Below are positions 9,934 through 18,037 of a DNA stretch of 25,739 nucleotides, in pieces. A program made the position numbers and the translations under genes. Location of the stretch: positions 1 to 25,739 of the IMG/VR virus record IMGVR_UViG_3300042402_000638; one strand, written 5' to 3'. Below the pieces are notes generated by a model. It was not told the DNA's origin, did no database searches, and saw nothing but the letters and a program-made list of their open reading frames with translations. How positions within the stretch are numbered: position 1 is the stretch's first letter; every line of letters begins with the position of its first letter. The stretch comes from a virus (lineage: Duplodnaviria > Caudoviricetes).

Positions 9934-10340
9934 TAGTACCCTTCGTCAAGTAAACTTCTATATATTAATTCTGCATCACCAGATGGGTCGTATGGGATTA
10001 AGTTTCTAATTACTTCTTGGATTGTATATGAAGGATTAGGCAATGTCGGCTTTGCTTCTGAGCCAGGTCCAGCACCTATATCAACTCCAGATGTAATAGG
10101 TTCATTAGGACGTGCAGTAGGGGCTAACAATGGTGTTGGCATTTCCATTTGTGGAATTGGATTACCAGCCATAGGTGCTGCTACTTGATTGTCGTAGGTT
10201 TGTTGTCCTTGTCCATATGGTAATCCTGGAATGTAGGTTGCAGGTTGTGTTGGACCCCCGTCAGTACGTTGACTAAGAGAGCCAGGGCCTGATACTGGGG
10301 CTGGGTTATTCGGTTTTCTATATCCACCTTGCTGTGCCAC
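9933..10340 (-). CDS. Pro/Gly/Gln-rich hypothetical structural-module protein
   Basis: 135 aa, GTG start with RBS AGGAGG, coupled to the 1707-aa gene. Confidence 0.75.
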   Translation of the reverse strand: MAQQGGYRKPNNPAPVSGPGSLSQRTDGGPTQPATYIPGLPYGQGQQTYDNQVAAPMAGNPIPQMEMPTPLLAPTARPNEPITSGVDIGAGPGSEAKPTLPNPSYTIQEVIRNLIPYDPSGDAELIYRSLLDEGY

Positions 10341-10348
10341 ACTTCCTC

Positions 10349-10918
10349 CTACTTAGTAAATTGTGTTTTAATGTTTGCGGTACCACCGCACCACACGTTA
10401 TATTCAATTGCTATATTAATTGCTTTCTTTGCTGCACCAGATGCTTTAGCGTGGGTTTTAACTTCAGACTCCATTGCTGCTAATGCACCAAGGGCTAATG
10501 TTCCACCAGAACCTATAGCATACAAACCTTTGTCATCCCTCATATATCCATAGTCATCACTAACTTGGAATATCTTTCCATTAAAACAAACTAATGCGTC
10601 CCATCCAGAATCATCATCATTCTTTGTTTTAGGTGTTGGGTCATACCCACCATCTATTATGGTTTGTTTCATAGATGGCAATACCCTAATCATCATAAAT
10701 CTATCTGGGTCTTGCGTCTTAATTACTTTAGGTGGTTGCCATAAGTTATTTAAGATATCTCCTACAATTGCATCACCTGCAACTGCAATTAGATACTCAC
10801 CAATTTTAACTATTTTGTCGCAGCCTTTGGCTACGTATGGTCTATCTTGGTAAGAGGTTACTGTATCTGCGCCAAGCACAGCCCAACCTTTTCCCTGAAT
10901 GCCTACTATTGCAGTCAT
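10349..10918 (-). CDS. Ntn-hydrolase peptidase, HslV / proteasome beta-subunit-like
   Basis: Starts M-T-AIVGIQGKGWAVLGADT (Thr1 nucleophile after Met removal, AD motif). Conserved Lys in CDKIV, IAVAGD and the YAIGSGG..ALGAL motif. Confidence 0.85.
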   Translation of the reverse strand: MTAIVGIQGKGWAVLGADTVTSYQDRPYVAKGCDKIVKIGEYLIAVAGDAIVGDILNNLWQPPKVIKTQDPDRFMMIRVLPSMKQTIIDGGYDPTPKTKNDDDSGWDALVCFNGKIFQVSDDYGYMRDDKGLYAIGSGGTLALGALAAMESEVKTHAKASGAAKKAINIAIEYNVWCGGTANIKTQFTK

Positions 10919-10932
10919 AGTCCCCTTCTAAC

Positions 10933-12681
10933 TTATCGCCTTACAACTGTCCTTGCACTTGCACTAGCCTGTCCGCCAGCGGTTAAACTAGATAAAAGAC
11001 TTTGTAGTCCACCACCTTGTGCTGCAGCAGGTGAGATGCCTCCTACTGGTGCAGCGGGAGCAGGGGACGTTTGCTCAACCTGAGTAGCGCCAGCAGGAGG
11101 TAATTCTTCAGGTTTAAATATTTCCTCAATTGCGTCTTCAATTGCTACTCCCTTTTGACGGGCTTTAATTACATCAGCAATCTTCATAACAATATCGCTT
11201 GGGTCGCCACCTTGAGATGCAATCTGTGGAATTGCTTGCGTATAGGCTTGTAGTGAACCCATCAAAGAGTTACGCATCTCTTCAATTTCAATCTTCTCTT
11301 GTTCTTGAGTTACGTTGATACCAAATGGTAGTTCACGCATAACCATATCTTTAGAAATAATTTTAGCGCCTAACGCCTGTAGCATAAAGATAAGTCCCTG
11401 TGCTGGATTAAGTCCTGCCAACATTCCATAACGGACATCGGCTGAGTAATCCTTCTTAATATCTTTTGAAGGCTTGTAATCAATGCTATATGGAGAACCA
11501 GCATCTACACCACGGACTGTCTTGTCAAAATCAAAGTATGTCTCATCAACCTCAAAACAGATTGAGATAACATCTTTAAGTGCTGAAGCAAAGATAGCCT
11601 GAGCGGACTTAACTTGTGTATCAAAACCACCCATAAGGGCTTGAACACCCTGACCAGTAATAATGCTTGCATCAAGATTACCAGTACGTGATTCTGGATA
11701 ACGAGTTCCAGTTCTTAGTTCTTGCTGTAGTAATGTTTGTTCAGTAAATGCACCATTAGGTATAGGCAGTTCAACACGGCGAACACCTGCTGGGTTATTT
11801 GTGCGGATGATTGAATCTCCGCCAAACTCAATTTCTTGAACATCTTGTGGAACAACAATTGGTGATTGAACAGATTTCTCTGCTGCTTCCATCGCAAGTA
11901 ATGCGAACCTATTACGAAGCAGTTGGATACCTAGAACATCATCAAACTGTCCACGCATTTCACCATCAACAGTTGGACGTCTAGCAACAACAACCATCAT
12001 CTTTCCAAGTGGATTAACCGCTTGAGATAGAACTAGGTTATTACGGCTAGGTATATAAATTAATGATTGGTCTTTATCGTAATAACGAACAAAGTCAACC
12101 GTTGCATTTAAGTCCTGGCGATAGCCTTCTCTACCCAGAAGTTGCATTTCATATTCTGGGAATTGAGATACCAATTCTGCAATTGATAGTGAGTATCTTT
12201 TAGCGAAGGCAATGCAGCGTCCGTAGCGGTCAAACTCTGGGTAAGCCCCTATTGGACTTTCTACTCTAATACGCGGCAGCCCTGCCTCTTCGTCTAATTC
12301 AATTATGAATGGGACGAAACCGAATGTGATGTAGTGGTCTGCACCTGTGTACATCTGTACTTGTAAATCTGAGTGAGCAAAATAATTAGCGGCAATGCGA
12401 GTACGCTTATCAGCAAAAGAACGAGCACGGTCGCTGACCTGATTAGCGGCCGAGCAGTTAACTGCAGGAAGTGGTGCCATAACCTCTGACAGGTCTCTGG
12501 CAACGATATCAATAAAATTTGCAACGACATTTGCGTCTACACCCTCTGGAAAAAACTCTGGATAGACAGATGCAATCTTGCCTTTACGGACAGCAAGAAC
12601 ATCTTGTGCTCTAGCATCTTGGTCAGCAGCACGATGTTTAAGAGAGTCAACTCTCGCTGCAATTTGTTCAATACTTAGCAA
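10933..12681 (-). CDS. Portal protein (head-tail connector)
   Basis: 582 aa, TTG start, downstream of terminase. Size and long helical C-terminus with low-complexity tail fit podoviral portals. Confidence 0.8.
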   Translation of the reverse strand: MLSIEQIAARVDSLKHRAADQDARAQDVLAVRKGKIASVYPEFFPEGVDANVVANFIDIVARDLSEVMAPLPAVNCSAANQVSDRARSFADKRTRIAANYFAHSDLQVQMYTGADHYITFGFVPFIIELDEEAGLPRIRVESPIGAYPEFDRYGRCIAFAKRYSLSIAELVSQFPEYEMQLLGREGYRQDLNATVDFVRYYDKDQSLIYIPSRNNLVLSQAVNPLGKMMVVVARRPTVDGEMRGQFDDVLGIQLLRNRFALLAMEAAEKSVQSPIVVPQDVQEIEFGGDSIIRTNNPAGVRRVELPIPNGAFTEQTLLQQELRTGTRYPESRTGNLDASIITGQGVQALMGGFDTQVKSAQAIFASALKDVISICFEVDETYFDFDKTVRGVDAGSPYSIDYKPSKDIKKDYSADVRYGMLAGLNPAQGLIFMLQALGAKIISKDMVMRELPFGINVTQEQEKIEIEEMRNSLMGSLQAYTQAIPQIASQGGDPSDIVMKIADVIKARQKGVAIEDAIEEIFKPEELPPAGATQVEQTSPAPAAPVGGISPAAAQGGGLQSLLSSLTAGGQASASARTVVRR

Positions 12682-12695
12682 TTAACTACCTACCC

Positions 12696-12893
12696 TTATT
12701 TGTATTGTTCAGGAAATGTTTCTCTTCTTAGTTTTGCAATAAACTCAGCAGAGGCTCTTCCACCTCTTGCTTCTAGTTCTCGTTCTCTTTTTTGTTCAGC
12801 ACCACGAATTTGATAAGTTTTTTGTTTAGGACTCATTGGTTTTTTCTTTGTAGCCTTTTTAACAGCCTTAACAATTTTTTTAGGATTAGGCAT
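12696..12893 (-). CDS. Small highly basic protein
   Basis: 65 aa, K-rich N-terminus (KKIVKAVKKATKKK), start overlaps upstream stop. Confidence 0.65.
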   Translation of the reverse strand: MPNPKKIVKAVKKATKKKPMSPKQKTYQIRGAEQKRERELEARGGRASAEFIAKLRRETFPEQYK

Positions 12894-13486
12894 TATCTAC
12901 CTTGTCTATTTCTTTTTTCTACTTGCTTAACTTTCTTTTCTGCTGCCTTAATTTCTCGTAAGGCTTTAATAACCCTACGGTCTGCTTCTTGTTGTTGCAC
13001 TTTAAAAGCAAGTGGATTTACTCCACCTTTATTATAATCACGCTTGCCTACTTCACGTAGAATGTTAGTTTCTAACTTTGATAAAGGCTTTGGCCGTGGC
13101 TCACGCTCATCTATTTTAGAAGTAAACTTTAAACCTGCTGGACGATTTTGAGGAGTTGGTGGATTAATTGGTCCAGTATATTTCTTGGGTTTACGTGCAG
13201 GAACTCCAGTTCCTTCTCTAACAGCCTTCTTAATTTTTTCTTGATAAATGCTACGCTTACCAGGTGGTGGTGTAATTTTTTTAACAGTAAGGTCTTTAGG
13301 AACTTTAGTTGGTCTAGTTGGAATAGTTCCACCAGAACGTTTAAGAGCACCCATACCGCCTATAGGTTTGCGTGCTTCACGAGCAGCCTCACGGGCTTCT
13401 TTGGTAGATACCTTTGCTATTTTTTTCTTAGCAATATCAGCGGCACGCTTCTTAGCAATGATGCTAGCAATTTTAGCGACAGGCAT
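12893..13486 (-). CDS. Lys/Arg/Pro-rich basic protein
   Basis: 197 aa, strongly basic and low-complexity, tiles the gap between neighbours. Confidence 0.7.
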   Translation of the reverse strand: MPVAKIASIIAKKRAADIAKKKIAKVSTKEAREAAREARKPIGGMGALKRSGGTIPTRPTKVPKDLTVKKITPPPGKRSIYQEKIKKAVREGTGVPARKPKKYTGPINPPTPQNRPAGLKFTSKIDEREPRPKPLSKLETNILREVGKRDYNKGGVNPLAFKVQQQEADRRVIKALREIKAAEKKVKQVEKRNRQGR

Positions 13487-13487
13487 A

Positions 13488-13700
13488 TTATCTACCCATG
13501 TTTCTATAAACTTTACCTACAAACTTTGCACCTTTTTTAGCAATACCGCCTACTGCACGGGCAGCCTTACCATAAGGAACTGCATATAAAGCAGCATCAG
13601 AAACAGTCTTAGGAATAAATACATCGGAAAGTATTGGGGCAATTGGTGAAGTCTTTGATTTCTTAAAAGCACCAGGTGCCATCTTTCTAGATTTAGCCAT
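13488..13700 (-). CDS. Small basic protein
   Basis: 70 aa, RBS AAGGA, basic amphipathic C-terminus. Confidence 0.65.
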   Translation of the reverse strand: MAKSRKMAPGAFKKSKTSPIAPILSDVFIPKTVSDAALYAVPYGKAARAVGGIAKKGAKFVGKVYRNMGR

Positions 13701-13709
13701 TATCTATCC

Positions 13710-15596
13710 TTATCCGTATATGTCTTGCCATTGCTCTGCAAAGGCTTCGTCTAAATTAACTGAAAATCTTCTATCCTTCTGCGCTCTGGTTGCCCAGCGG
13801 TTATTGGCATACCTGCTTATGTTGCCAGTCTGTTGCATAAATTCCCTTGCTCTTAGCACAGTGAACCACAACGCCATAACACAGTCAGTCTTACCACGGG
13901 TATTAGGTTTCCAAGTTATTAACTGTTGGACTAGTGCCTTCATACCCTCTGAGTGTTCCGTAGAAGGAAACTCAATAACGTTATTTTTTTGGAACTTTTC
14001 ATCTCGTAGAGTTCCCATTAGCATAGACATACCTGCTACACCAAAGTTAGAATCCCATTTGTTCTTGCCAGTAAAGTGAGACTCTAATCTACACCCATAC
14101 GCTGCAAGCCAATTTCTTAAATCATCATCTAATGAGTAAGCCTTTTGATGAGCGTTAATCTCAACTCGTAGTTCTTGTGGTTTATATTTATCAACCAATT
14201 GCTCAATGGCTTCTTGAATCTTCTGTGGTGTTGGGTCTGACATATTTACACAGTCAAGAACATATATTCTGCTATCACGTCTGTTATAGGTAGTCACCAC
14301 AAACGCGGCATTCCCGCCCATTGCGGGGTCAAACCCTATTATTGTATACCCCTCAATGTGCGTGGGATGTCCCACGGCACCCGCTTTCAGCGGGCCGCGT
14401 TTGCGTTGTCCATTAATACAACCTTGGACAATCGCTGGAGGAAATATATTATCTTCAGAAACATCTTCTTGTTGGTACACCAACGCCCATGTTGATGGTG
14501 TTACCTCACTACGTCTTCTTGCTAATGCTTTGCCGTCCCACTTCGGGAAGAATCCTTCTTCGTCAGGAACATCAGAATCCCCATCCCAGGGAGTATCCGA
14601 CTTAGGCCAGAGCGTTTGCCAGTCCTTCGTACTTTCCGCATATTCCAATACAGCAGGCATACCCATATAAGTAAAAGGGCTTTTACCACCAGACCAGTGT
14701 TTGGCTTCCCTGAGTTCTTTGTAAAAATCTTGCGCTGCAATTCGTGTCCCTACGATTAATAACTTACCGTTCTTACCCAGACGGGTAATAACTTCTTTTT
14801 GTAGCCAGTTGATTTGCTTCTCATACTCGTGTGCGTTGGCTGTAGTAATGCAGTCATCAAGTATGATGAGGTCAGCACGTGCACCGTAAATCTGTCCACC
14901 CATACCAAGTGCTTGGATGGTTGGGTCTTTCTCGCTTGAATTTCGGGCATCGCCCCCAAGGTAAACGGTATCAACTCGCCAAGTATCTGAGTCTTCCTTC
15001 CAACCCCCTTCTGGTCCAAAAGTTGTTTGCAACTTTAACCATCTTGGGTGAGAGAGTCTCTGCTTGATTGCGTACACGAACTCGCGTGCTTTGATAAGCG
15101 TTTTAGAAACCACTATGATGCGGATATTTGGATTGAGGGCAATGCGATATGTGGAGTAGTTTACGGTTATGACTGTGCTCTTGGCGTGCTCAGGTGGCAC
15201 GTTAATTAGCAGACGTGTTGGGTCAGCCTTTTCGTAAACCATACTAGGGTGGAGCCAAGAAGGCTCTCTATCCTCTAGTAGGTCAATCCAATCCATATGG
15301 TGAGGGAACACCCTCTGGTTTAAAAATATCTCGGAGAACTTAGGGAAATCTATTTCTTCTTTTGGGATACCTAGAGAGGCAAGGGAAGCATCCTTTGCGG
15401 TCTCCTTAGCCTCGGCTAGGTCTGAGGCAAACTTCTTATCTCGTAGGCACCAGATTCGGACGGTGTCAGGTTTCTTCCCGCACATCTCCATAGCCTTGTG
15501 GACAGAGTGGCCTTCGGCCACCAAGGCTAGAACTTTAGCCTTTGCTCCTGCCATAGCCAGCGTTTTTGGGTTAGTAGTACCCTTATTAAAAGTCAT
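13710..15596 (-). CDS. terL: Terminase large subunit with N-terminal HTH extension
   Basis: Walker A-like INVPPEHAKST, GARADLIILDD (Walker B), coupling motif IVGTR, RNase H-type nuclease IIGFDPA and C-terminal DCVMALW. Confidence 0.92.
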   Translation of the reverse strand: MTFNKGTTNPKTLAMAGAKAKVLALVAEGHSVHKAMEMCGKKPDTVRIWCLRDKKFASDLAEAKETAKDASLASLGIPKEEIDFPKFSEIFLNQRVFPHHMDWIDLLEDREPSWLHPSMVYEKADPTRLLINVPPEHAKSTVITVNYSTYRIALNPNIRIIVVSKTLIKAREFVYAIKQRLSHPRWLKLQTTFGPEGGWKEDSDTWRVDTVYLGGDARNSSEKDPTIQALGMGGQIYGARADLIILDDCITTANAHEYEKQINWLQKEVITRLGKNGKLLIVGTRIAAQDFYKELREAKHWSGGKSPFTYMGMPAVLEYAESTKDWQTLWPKSDTPWDGDSDVPDEEGFFPKWDGKALARRRSEVTPSTWALVYQQEDVSEDNIFPPAIVQGCINGQRKRGPLKAGAVGHPTHIEGYTIIGFDPAMGGNAAFVVTTYNRRDSRIYVLDCVNMSDPTPQKIQEAIEQLVDKYKPQELRVEINAHQKAYSLDDDLRNWLAAYGCRLESHFTGKNKWDSNFGVAGMSMLMGTLRDEKFQKNNVIEFPSTEHSEGMKALVQQLITWKPNTRGKTDCVMALWFTVLRAREFMQQTGNISRYANNRWATRAQKDRRFSVNLDEAFAEQWQDIYG

Positions 15597-16163
15597 TAGT
15601 CCTGTCCCGTTTTCATTCTGTTACAACCTGTTAGTAACAGGTAGTAGATACAGTCTGTAACGCAAGTTCCTGAAGAACTTGCTACTATAAAAAATAAATA
15701 GTCTCTATATAGTATTAACCTGTCCAAATGGCCAAAACGGACGTTTTTGGCCCAACTATTTTTTAAAGCCTGCCCAAAAGTAGTACAAAATAGGACATAC
15801 TGGGACAGTGGTAGGGGATATACTTTGTACGGGAAAATCTTTTCTGTAGATACATATACTGCTTCTACTCTCCATTAAACATCCTGGGGTCAATACGAGT
15901 TGACCCTAGTCTGCTACTGCTACCTATCATACTGAATAGAAACGTGCTGATAGGAGGACAGTCTTCGGCGCTTGCCCATACTTACTGGCGCCTCAGATAA
16001 GTTTAGTTTCTATCCTGACATGGCAATCAAGTCCATGGAAAGACTGGACTTGACAGCCATGTAATGTGGGATTTGTTTTTAGTAAATTACTAAGAACCGC
16101 ATGGGATTTTCCCCTGCGCTGATTGCTAGGGGAAAAGTCCCCTAGTGTAAAGGAGATAGCACC
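15597..16163. promoter_or_regulatory. Divergent control region between late (minus) and early (plus) arms; possible genome-end/packaging region
   Basis: Coding strand switches here. Palindrome ACCTGTTA-G-TAACAGGT (15626-15642), inverted repeats at 15662-15682 and 15730-15752, AT-rich tract 15685-15718, TATACT hexamers at 15819 and 15855. Confidence 0.65.
15884..16146 (+). ncRNA. Candidate structured RNA / leader made of five consecutive stem-loops
   Basis: Back-to-back inverted repeats at 15884-15909, 15936-16013, 16018-16062, 16064-16102 and 16103-16141. Confidence 0.45.
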
Positions 16164-16466
16164 ATGAATAAGTTCTCATTTGAGAATGCCCGCGTTAACA
16201 AGGTCTGGGATAACAAGAACCGTTTCAATCTTGGTATCCTTGACACCAGAGCAGTTGCTCAACCAGACGGTTCCTACCAATCCGTCTTCGTTGCTTCCCG
16301 CATCGTGACTACTGCTAACCCTGACCACCTTGAGTTCATCCGCAAAAATCTTGTGGATACCGCAGAAGCAGTGGTCAACATCAATGGTTACATGGAAACC
16401 AAGGCTGGCAAAAAGCCTGGCACTTGGTATGACAATCTAGTAATCACCGATATCGCACTGGCCTAA
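16164..16466 (+). CDS. Putative OB-fold single-stranded DNA-binding-like protein
   Basis: 100 aa, strong RBS AAAGGAG. Beta-rich with an SSB-like VNINGYMET...WYDNLVITDI pattern; no acidic tail. Confidence 0.55.
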   Translation: MNKFSFENARVNKVWDNKNRFNLGILDTRAVAQPDGSYQSVFVASRIVTTANPDHLEFIRKNLVDTAEAVVNINGYMETKAGKKPGTWYDNLVITDIALA

Positions 16467-16477
16467 CCAACCAGCCG

Positions 16478-16909
16478 ATGACATCATTTGCTTTGTCATC
16501 TTCTACGCAGTCTTTCTCATGCTCCCATGAGAATCCAGCCACTCAGTTGGATTCTCGTGAGGAGTATTGCGTAGAATGTAATCTACAACAAGAAGGTTCT
16601 AGTTGCGAATCAGCACTAAACCTTCACGAGATTAATAGATGTGAGCAGGAGTCAGAACCTGCTCTATCTATAGATACACCTGACGAGAAAGGGTTCAACC
16701 ATCAATGGACTAACCGTGATGGCGAATACCTAGAAGGTGTATACGATATAACCAATCGTCTTCCCAGTTGGTTATTCCTTGGCAAGCATGTCTTCCCTAT
16801 GTTTGAACCAGATGAGATGACTGCTTATCTGGCTCTTCCATCATGGGCTACGATTTGTAGCACATGCCATTATCAAATCAATAAATACATGGGTTGCTTA
16901 GAACATTAA
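16478..16909 (+). CDS. Cys/His-rich hypothetical protein (possible Zn-binding)
   Basis: 143 aa with CSH, CVEC, CSTC and CLEH clusters. Confidence 0.65.
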   Translation: MTSFALSSSTQSFSCSHENPATQLDSREEYCVECNLQQEGSSCESALNLHEINRCEQESEPALSIDTPDEKGFNHQWTNRDGEYLEGVYDITNRLPSWLFLGKHVFPMFEPDEMTAYLALPSWATICSTCHYQINKYMGCLEH

Positions 16910-16915
16910 GCAACA

Positions 16916-16960
16916 GGCAAGGTGGGGTTTCTGCCTCACCTTGCCACCAAAAATTTTTTT
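16916..16960 (+). terminator. Strong hairpin, probable terminator or processing site
   Basis: 12-bp stem GGCAAGGTGGGG / CCTCACCTTGCC (one G-U), loop TTTCTG, T-run 8 nt downstream. Confidence 0.6.
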
Positions 16961-17020
16961 ATTTAATGGGACCGCAAAGTAGGTTCATTGGATAACTACG
17001 AGTCGAACAGGAGATAGCAG

Positions 17021-17182
17021 ATGTATCTAGATGTAGGAACCCTAATAGGTATTATGATAGCACTGGTAGGCAGCATACTTGCAATTGCCTACTCAATCTA
17101 TATAATCAGACTACAAGACCAGCACATTGAACGCTTAAGTAGAAACAACTACGATAGAACTAGGAGAGAAACCCATGCGTAG
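17021..17182 (+). CDS. Small single-pass membrane protein (53 aa, MYLDVGTLIGIMIALVGSILAIAYSIYIIRLQ...)
   Basis: Not in the track; manual translation. RBS AGGAG at 17009, hydrophobic N-terminal helix. Confidence 0.75.
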   Translation: MYLDVGTLIGIMIALVGSILAIAYSIYIIRLQDQHIERLSRNNYDRTRRETHA

Positions 17183-17348
17183 TCAGTCAGAACTACTAAA
17201 GATTAAAGAAGCATTTGCCCTTGCAATGCTTGACCTGCTAGATGTATACGATGAACTGCTAGCCACAGGTAGAATCTATGTGGCAGATGACAGTGATGAG
17301 CCAACAGTAAATGACCTGGCCAAAAATCAGGAGGAATCCAATGCTTGA
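17175..17348 (+). CDS. Small acidic hypothetical protein (57 aa, MRSQSELLKIKEAFALAMLDLLDVYDELL...)
   Basis: Manual translation; RBS AGGAG at 17162; overlaps both neighbours by 8 nt. Confidence 0.7.
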   Translation: MRSQSELLKIKEAFALAMLDLLDVYDELLATGRIYVADDSDEPTVNDLAKNQEESNA

Positions 17349-17526
17349 TGAAGATACCCCAGTATGGGAACACACCGTGTGGATTATGGCAAAAGTTAGA
17401 TGCCGAACTACACATATAAATATAGATACAGCAGGTAATGAAGCCCTTGATGACCCATCAGAATGGTATGTGTTAGAGTTTGATAAGGGTATTAAGCATA
17501 GCCAAGAGATTGTAAGGGTGAAATGA
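17341..17526 (+). CDS. Hypothetical protein (61 aa)
   Basis: Tracked ORF 17311-17526 re-started at ATG 17341 behind RBS AGGAGG. Confidence 0.7.
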   Translation: MLDEDTPVWEHTVWIMAKVRCRTTHINIDTAGNEALDDPSEWYVLEFDKGIKHSQEIVRVK

Positions 17527-17621
17527 TTGAACAACTCATTACAGGTTCATACCTCACACCATCACAGTCCTGGACATTCTTACTACTCTTTGGATATATC
17601 ACATGGAGGTTCATTAGATGA
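17523..17621 (+). CDS. Small hydrophobic peptide (32 aa, MIEQLITGSYLTPSQSWTFLLLFGYITWRFIR)
   Basis: Manual translation; ATGA overlaps with both flanking genes. Confidence 0.6.
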   Translation: MIEQLITGSYLTPSQSWTFLLLFGYITWRFIR

Positions 17622-18037
17622 AGAGATTGTTAGCAGGGTATTTAAGTTGGCTACTAGCGTTCTTATCAGCACCATTCTTTCCCAGTCCAGCATACGCAGC
17701 AGCAGTGGCAACGCAATTGCAGGCCAATTGTATAGACACATCTACCTGGACACCACGAGTGGCGAAGGCATACGCCAAAGCATTAATGAAGTGGAACTAC
17801 CCCAACTGGAACAGGTCTGAATGGTCAGCCCTATCCAAACTTTGGGGTAAAGAATCTGGCTGGAAACATACAGCAGATAATCCTAAGTCCAGTGCATATG
17901 GAATTGCACAAGTATTAAATACTAAACCTGGAACGCCAGCCCCGCTTCAGATTGAGCGAGGGCTGGCTTACATCCAGCATCGCTACGAGAAACCATCAAT
18001 TGCTTGGGCACATTGGCGCAACAAAGGATGGTATTAA
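17618..18037 (+). CDS. Secreted lytic transglycosylase (lysozyme-like fold, actinobacterial type)
   Basis: Signal peptide (MKRLLAGYLSWLLAFLSAPFF..AYA). Catalytic ES motif LWGKESGW, ADNPKSSAYGIAQ, QIERGLAYIQHRY, terminal GWY. Confidence 0.85.
   Translation: MKRLLAGYLSWLLAFLSAPFFPSPAYAAAVATQLQANCIDTSTWTPRVAKAYAKALMKWNYPNWNRSEWSALSKLWGKESGWKHTADNPKSSAYGIAQVLNTKPGTPAPLQIERGLAYIQHRYEKPSIAWAHWRNKGWY

Noticed and set aside
6038-15660. Short alternative-frame and antisense ORFs within structural genes (e.g. 6038-6379, 13148-13540, 13720-14079, 14356-14670)
   Set aside because: Largely or fully nested in well-supported CDSs; no supporting signals.
15947-15975. Possible hammerhead ribozyme core (CTGATAG followed by a small stem)
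   Set aside because: Does not match CUGANGA, and no GAAA follows stem II.
16050-16085. TTGACA as a sigma-70 -35 element
   Set aside because: No -10 hexamer at 16-18 nt spacing; it lies within a hairpin arm.
15597-16163. tRNA gene or retron msr-msd in the central non-coding region
   Set aside because: No cloverleaf with a TTCRA T-loop, and no reverse transcriptase in the window.
17527-17820. Tracked 97-aa plus ORF
   Set aside because: The 32-aa peptide plus the transglycosylase tile the region with ATGA overlaps and explain it better.
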